A stretch of 63,861 bases of DNA, the filler included, from an uncultured Methanosarcinales archaeon (GTDB taxonomy: Archaea > Nanobdellota > Nanobdellia > Woesearchaeales > JABMPP01), in assembly GCA_964604995.1 (NCBI GenBank). It is 6 parts of 6 records of this genome, joined end to end, with 100 filler letters (N's around TTAATTAATTAA, not from the genome) between each part and the next. Parts side by side here need not be neighbours in the genome. Positions count along the whole stretch, not along the records: positions 48,937 to 59,795 come from CAZSAD010000043.1; positions 59,896 to 63,861 come from CAZSAD010000058.1; 4 more parts are not named here. The stretch is one strand, 5' to 3'. Under the pieces are notes generated by a model. The model worked only from the letters and a program-made list of their open reading frames with translations, had not been told where the DNA came from and did not search any database. Shown here one piece after another: positions 59,074 to 63,861 of this stretch; the first letter of the stretch is position 1; each line of letters begins with the position of its first letter. The translations under genes and the position numbers were made by a program.

Positions 59074-59688
59074 CTATTTCATAACTCCAATATTATAATA
59101 AACAAATCTATCTTTTAACATTAAAAAATTATTGCTTGGGCTTTCCATTATCACGCAATTATTTTGGACATAAATTTTACCAATATCATTTTCAAGTTTT
59201 TCATCATTTGTTTTAAGGTATATTACAGGATATTCCAATGTTGAATTATCGCAGGTCATTATTGGTAAATTATAAACATTACTCGAAGAAATCATAGAAT
59301 CAATTGGATAAATATCAAAATATTTTGGGAAATCTCTTTTCATTTCATATCTTACAATATCTGCAGTTTCAAGGTTTATTTGATTAGCATCAAATGTTAT
59401 ATACACTGTTTTTTTGTCTATTAATGGAAATGAATTTTTATCAACCGATATATTTTCTAATTGTGTTGGAAGATAGGTAAAAGAATAAATCTTCCCATTT
59501 AATTTTAAGTTCCAATTGGTTCCTTCTTGATAAATATTAAAATTATTATAAGTAACTGTTTGTGTTCCAAAACCAGTTTCAGAAATAAAATAACCACCAA
59601 TACTAAATGTCATTATTATAATAAAAAACCAAACCATAAATGTTTTGGCTGAAAACAAATTATTCTTTTTCTTTGGTATCATAATCAA
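59074..59688 (-). CDS. Paralogous membrane-anchored extracellular protein
   Basis: YNNF, LP..LE, YITFD, MTCDN...PVIY, NCVI, DR..Y. Confidence 0.75.
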   Translation of the reverse strand: MIMIPKKKNNLFSAKTFMVWFFIIIMTFSIGGYFISETGFGTQTVTYNNFNIYQEGTNWNLKLNGKIYSFTYLPTQLENISVDKNSFPLIDKKTVYITFDANQINLETADIVRYEMKRDFPKYFDIYPIDSMISSSNVYNLPIMTCDNSTLEYPVIYLKTNDEKLENDIGKIYVQNNCVIMESPSNNFLMLKDRFVYYNIGVMK

Positions 59689-59795
59689 GAGTTAGAATGA
59701 GCTTTTTATAAATATATGCCTTCTTTGTATCAAAACATAACAGAATCTAAATAGAATCTAAAAAAAGGATTGGTTTTTTAAACGCAATATTTATA

Positions 59796-59895
59796 NNNNN
59801 NNNNNNNNNNNNNNNNNNNNNNNNNNNNNNNNNNNNNNNTTAATTAATTAANNNNNNNNNNNNNNNNNNNNNNNNNNNNNNNNNNNNNNNNNNNN
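59796..59895. other. Artificial contig spacer
   Basis: Same linker. Confidence 0.98.
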
Positions 59896-60822
59896 GTGTT
59901 TCAAGGATTTATTTTTCTATCTGAAAAAGGTGAAAGTAATAACCTAAATCCTATAATAAAATCAGACGAAATTATTACTACAAAATCTCCTTTAGTTCAA
60001 AATCTTAAAAAATATTTAGACAATTCAAGATTAAGAGCAATTTCTCAAAAAGATTTTGAAAGAGTATTGGTATTAGAATTTGAAACTATTAAAGAAAATA
60101 TCAAATCAAAGTTTTTAGTTATGATTGAACTTTTTGGAAAAGGAAATCTAATTTTATGTGATTCTAATTTTAAAATAATATCTTGTTTAAAAGAAGAGCA
60201 TTGGAAAGGAAGGCCTATTGCTAGAGGAGAAACTTATATTTTTCCAAGCAAAAATAAAGAAAATACTAATAATAATCCATTAACAATGAAAAAAGAAGAA
60301 TTTAAAAAACTTTTATTAATAAGTGATCGTGAATCGCTTGTTAAATCACTTGCAATTGATTTTTCTTTTGGTGGAACATATTCTGAAATGATATGCAACA
60401 ATAGTGAACTTGACAAAGAGAAAAATATTAAAGAGTTAAAAAATGAGGATTTTGGAACTTTATTTTTAGCTATGCAAAAAATAATAAAAGAAAAGCAGTT
60501 TGAAAATTATAATGATGAAATAAAAAAGAGATTTTTAAATTTAAGTTTATCAGATAGGCCCCAATCAAAGGCATTTATCAAATATAATAAAATAATTGAT
60601 TCACAAAAAGCTAAAATTTTGGAATTAGAAGATGAAATTAAACAAAACAATAAAAAAGCAGAGATTATTTATGCTAATTACCAATACATAAAAAATGTAT
60701 TAGATGAATTAAATTTACTAAGAAAAAAACATTCTTTGCATGAGATAAAAGATAAACTAAAAAATCATTCAAAAATAAAAAAAGTAGATGAAAAACATGC
60801 AAAAATAGAATTGGAAATTTGA
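59896..60822 (+). CDS. rqcH: RqcH/NEMF (NFACT-N) protein, 5'-truncated and lacking the NFACT-R domain
   Basis: LKKYL...L..ISQ.DFERV..ELFGKGNLILCD..R.I..GE.Y.FP, HhH region, coiled coil (AE.IYANY), stop after KIELEI. Confidence 0.8.
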   Translation: MFQGFIFLSEKGESNNLNPIIKSDEIITTKSPLVQNLKKYLDNSRLRAISQKDFERVLVLEFETIKENIKSKFLVMIELFGKGNLILCDSNFKIISCLKEEHWKGRPIARGETYIFPSKNKENTNNNPLTMKKEEFKKLLLISDRESLVKSLAIDFSFGGTYSEMICNNSELDKEKNIKELKNEDFGTLFLAMQKIIKEKQFENYNDEIKKRFLNLSLSDRPQSKAFIKYNKIIDSQKAKILELEDEIKQNNKKAEIIYANYQYIKNVLDELNLLRKKHSLHEIKDKLKNHSKIKKVDEKHAKIELEI

Positions 60823-60996
60823 GGATATTTTTTAAAATAATTTAATTCTTAACAGGTTATTCGCAAAATATTATAGTTCTGTCAAAAAAATATTCTTCTC
60901 ATCGAAAATTTTTCAGTTATTTGTTGAGAATAGATAATAAAAACATATACTACTAAATGTTATCATCAAATAATCTTGATGATTTGGAGGTGTAGT

Positions 60997-61197
60997 ATGG
61001 TAAAATATAAAGAAAATTTTGAAAAAATAAGATTAGGTGAAAAAAAGATTGAGCAATTAAAGAATATGCCTTTAATTGAAAGCAAAGTATTCAAGACTCC
61101 CGACAACAGATATATGGTTCATAGGACAATAATATCCCAAGTAAAACCAGTGGAATATTACAAAGCGATTCTTGAAAATAGCTCAGAAGAGTATTAA
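60997..61197 (+). CDS. Small hypothetical protein
   Basis: GGAGGTG SD before the ATG at 60997. Confidence 0.75.
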   Translation: MVKYKENFEKIRLGEKKIEQLKNMPLIESKVFKTPDNRYMVHRTIISQVKPVEYYKAILENSSEEY

Positions 61198-61364
61198 ACA
61201 TTATTTTTTACAATTTTTTTATTTTTGTTTTATTATTTTTCTATTTACCTTTCCACTTATCTTTATTATTCTTTATTTTTCATTTCTTTGTTTTATTAAT
61301 GATATTTTTGCAATAAAAAACAAAATGTTATAAATCAAAAATATGTTGTGTATTCTGATGAATC

Positions 61365-62756
61365 ATGATACACCTAAGTACTCTTCTTTCGCATTATAAA
61401 AGATTGGAAATTCAACAAGAGATTGTTGAAACAGCAAGAGATAAGGAAGTTGCAATTAAATTTGGAGATAAAGGATTTGGCAAAAGACCTGATGTATTAA
61501 ATTACCCACAAGATGTTTTAGAATTTGCAAGAGCGGGTGCCACTTCTTTTCATTCATCTGAAGAGCATTGGTCAAATCCACTTTCTTTAGATCCGACTAT
61601 GAAAAAAGAAGATATGGAAAATTTGAGAACCGGATGGGATTTGATATTAGATATTGATTGCCATAATTTGAAGTATTCAAAAATAGCAGCTGACCTTACA
61701 ATAAAAGCATTAAAACATAATGAGGTAAAATCAATAAGCTGTAAATTTTCAGGAAATAAGGGATTCCATATTGGTGTGCCGTGGGAAGCATTTCCTGAAA
61801 AAATTGGCGAACAAGATACAAAAACAATGTTTCCAGAGGCTGCAAGAAAAATTGCTTTTTATATTAAAGAAATGATAAAAAGACCGCTTGGAGAAAAAAT
61901 ACTTGAACTTGAGGGAGGAGATTTTGCAAATGTTTTACAAGAGACAGGCCTTGAATCAAGTAAAATACAATATTACAAACAAGATTCATTAGGAACACAA
62001 ATACCTTATCTTAATGCTGAACCATTTTTAGATATTGATACTATACTTATTTCATCAAGACATCTATGTAGAATGGTTTATTCTTTTAATGAAAAATCAG
62101 GATTTATATCAATCCCAATAAATCCTAATGAAGTTTTAAAATTTGATATTGCTAATGCAAAACATCCAGTTAAACTTAGTTCGTATAAATTTTTAGATAC
62201 AAAAAATGTAGTTCATGGAGAAGCCAAAAAACTAATAACCCAAGCATTTGATTTTATGGCAAAAAAAGAAGATCCTAATGAAAAAATAGAAATTAAGTCA
62301 AAAAATCAGCTTGCGTACACTGATCCACAAACTGCAATTCCTGAACAATTTTTTCCACCATGCATTCAAAAAGGATTAAAAGGTTTGCAAGATGGAAGAA
62401 AAAGATTTCTTTTCGTTCTTACTAATTTTTTGTTTAGTGTTGGATGGGAATATGACCAAATAGAAAAATTTGTGATTGAATGGAACAAAAGAAATCCCGA
62501 GCCACTACGAGATACTTCTTTAGTTGGACATTTAAGATATCAAAAATCAAGAAAACAGAAAATTTTACCTCCGAATTGCAGTAATAAAAATTATTATTTT
62601 TTCTGTCAGGAATGTCCAGAAGATCCATTCCACAAAGGAATTAAAAATCCAGTACAATATGCAAAAAAGAAAGCAAGACTTGCAAATATGGCAGCTGAGA
62701 ATGCAGCTAGAAAGAAAAAACCAAGAAAGAAAAAAGAAGAAGATGATTTGGAATAA
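61365..62756 (+). CDS. priS: Fused DNA primase PriS-PriL
   Basis: WDLILDID and KFSGNKGFH catalytic motifs, then FPPCI..DGRKR..PPNC Fe-S domain. Confidence 0.92.
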   Translation: MIHLSTLLSHYKRLEIQQEIVETARDKEVAIKFGDKGFGKRPDVLNYPQDVLEFARAGATSFHSSEEHWSNPLSLDPTMKKEDMENLRTGWDLILDIDCHNLKYSKIAADLTIKALKHNEVKSISCKFSGNKGFHIGVPWEAFPEKIGEQDTKTMFPEAARKIAFYIKEMIKRPLGEKILELEGGDFANVLQETGLESSKIQYYKQDSLGTQIPYLNAEPFLDIDTILISSRHLCRMVYSFNEKSGFISIPINPNEVLKFDIANAKHPVKLSSYKFLDTKNVVHGEAKKLITQAFDFMAKKEDPNEKIEIKSKNQLAYTDPQTAIPEQFFPPCIQKGLKGLQDGRKRFLFVLTNFLFSVGWEYDQIEKFVIEWNKRNPEPLRDTSLVGHLRYQKSRKQKILPPNCSNKNYYFFCQECPEDPFHKGIKNPVQYAKKKARLANMAAENAARKKKPRKKKEEDDLE

Positions 62757-62809
62757 TTATTCATTTTTTCAATTAGTTAATTTTTATTAAAATAATAAAA
62801 AGCATTTGT

Positions 62810-63505
62810 TTAATATGTATTAGAAAATATAGCTCTTCCAATTCTAACCATTGTACTTCCTTCTTCAATAGCTATCTCAAAATCATTGCTCATGCCCATG
62901 GATAATTCTTTTACACCAACAATTTTTTGTAAATTTTTCATCTGTCTAAAATAGGGCCTGACATTTTCAATATTTTTATCTTCAAAAAAAGGAGCAATGC
63001 ACATTAGACCTAAAATTTTTATGTTTTGAAGTTTGATTATTTTATTGTAAATTCCCATTAAATCTTCAGGAAGTATTCCGTGTTTAGTTTCTTCCTTACC
63101 AATATTAACTTCTAAAAATATGGGCATTATTTTATTAATTTTGTAAGATTCTTTATTTATTTCATTAGCTAATTTTAAAGAGTCGACAGATTGTATAACA
63201 TCAAAATGTGAAACAACTATTTTCACTTTATTTGTTTGTAAAGTTCCAATAAAATGTTTTTTAACTGGTTTTAGTTTGTCTGCTTTATCCAAAAATTCTT
63301 GCACCCTATTCTCACCAATAATATCTACCCCCAGAGTTATTACCTCATTTATCAAATTATAGGGGGCATATTTTGTAACTGCAACAAAGGTTATATCTTG
63401 TATTTTCCTATTAGAAATTAAGGCAGATTTAGCTATTCTGGTTTTTATTTGGTGTAGATTGTTAGATAGAATTTCTTTATTATTACTCTTAATCGATATA
63501 TTCAT
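62810..63505 (-). CDS. yggS: PLP homeostasis protein YggS
   Basis: VAVTKY, GENRVQE, HFIGTLQTNKVK, LSMGMSNDFEIAIEEGSTMVRIG. Confidence 0.96.
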   Translation of the reverse strand: MNISIKSNNKEILSNNLHQIKTRIAKSALISNRKIQDITFVAVTKYAPYNLINEVITLGVDIIGENRVQEFLDKADKLKPVKKHFIGTLQTNKVKIVVSHFDVIQSVDSLKLANEINKESYKINKIMPIFLEVNIGKEETKHGILPEDLMGIYNKIIKLQNIKILGLMCIAPFFEDKNIENVRPYFRQMKNLQKIVGVKELSMGMSNDFEIAIEEGSTMVRIGRAIFSNTY

Positions 63506-63555
63506 AATAAAAAAAGGATTGTGTTATTTATTAAGGCTTGGATTAAAGGCTTGAA

Positions 63556-63861
63556 TTATAGCCTAATTCCTTCTTCTTTAATAGTATTTAGTATGAGTTG
63601 AGTTTCAGTTCTTTCCACAAAATCATAAGTTTGTAATTTTTTTAGAAAAGTATCCATGCTTTTACGATTTTTAAATTTAGCAATAACTGAAGCATCGAAA
63701 TTTCCAGTTTTGTCATAAACTGCAAAAACATTTGGATGACTTGCAACTTTTTTTTCTACTTGAAAAAGTTTACCTTTTGCAACTCTAATATCTATTTGAA
63801 TAGGAATATCAAAACCTAATTTTTCATAATCTAAAAGTAAAGTATATTTTTTAATAACTTT
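63556..63861 (-). CDS. Lrp/AsnC-family regulator, 5'-truncated by the window end (absent from the ORF track)
   Basis: KVIKKYTLLLDYEKLGFD...VYDKTGNFDA...RTETQLILNTIKE. Confidence 0.88.
   Translation of the reverse strand, partial: KVIKKYTLLLDYEKLGFDIPIQIDIRVAKGKLFQVEKKVASHPNVFAVYDKTGNFDASVIAKFKNRKSMDTFLKKLQTYDFVERTETQLILNTIKEEGIRL

Noticed and set aside
14708..59895. Five identical TTAATTAATTAA palindromes inside N runs
   Set aside because: Artificial six-frame-stop contig linkers, not biological repeats. ORF-track ends at 14759 and 14752 and starts at 26296, 48947 and 59896 are edge artefacts.

Overview
Very AT-rich archaeal sequence, most consistent with a DPANN archaeon (Woesearchaeota-like; inferred from the fused PriS-PriL primase, the rpoE-spt4-eS24-eS31 operon, RadB, BRE/TATA promoters and many orphan genes). 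The window is not contiguous. Six contigs are joined by five artificial 100-bp spacers (44 N + TTAATTAATTAA + 44 N), so adjacency across spacers means nothing. Contig 1 (1-14707) is a co-oriented cell-surface locus: a giant repetitive fibre/adhesin, five proteins sharing a pilin/WxL-like beta-sandwich signature, two paralogous membrane-anchored DUF916-like proteins and duplicated mini-proteins. It reads as a candidate donor-strand fibre assembly system. Contig 2 has an AlbA_2/HEPN/MNT cluster, glycosyltransferases, a PGF-pre-PGF surface protein, an ART-like orphan and an intron-containing tRNA-Thr(GGT). Contig 3 has the housekeeping operon, orphans, Lrp, PLD, a lytic transglycosylase and a Lon-like protease. 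Contig 4 has tRNA-Ala(GGC) followed by tRNA-end repeats bracketing two RelE-type TA pairs, plus a half Hel308 and a degenerate LAGLIDADG-like protein. Contig 5 has uS2 (fragment), RadB and a glycosylation cluster. Contig 6 has a truncated RqcH, primase, YggS and Lrp. The most striking non-coding signal is a 23-nt GC-rich motif (21/23 identical), preceded by a K-loop-like hairpin, lying directly upstream of both tRNA genes on different contigs. All family assignments come from motif recognition by eye, not from database searches.
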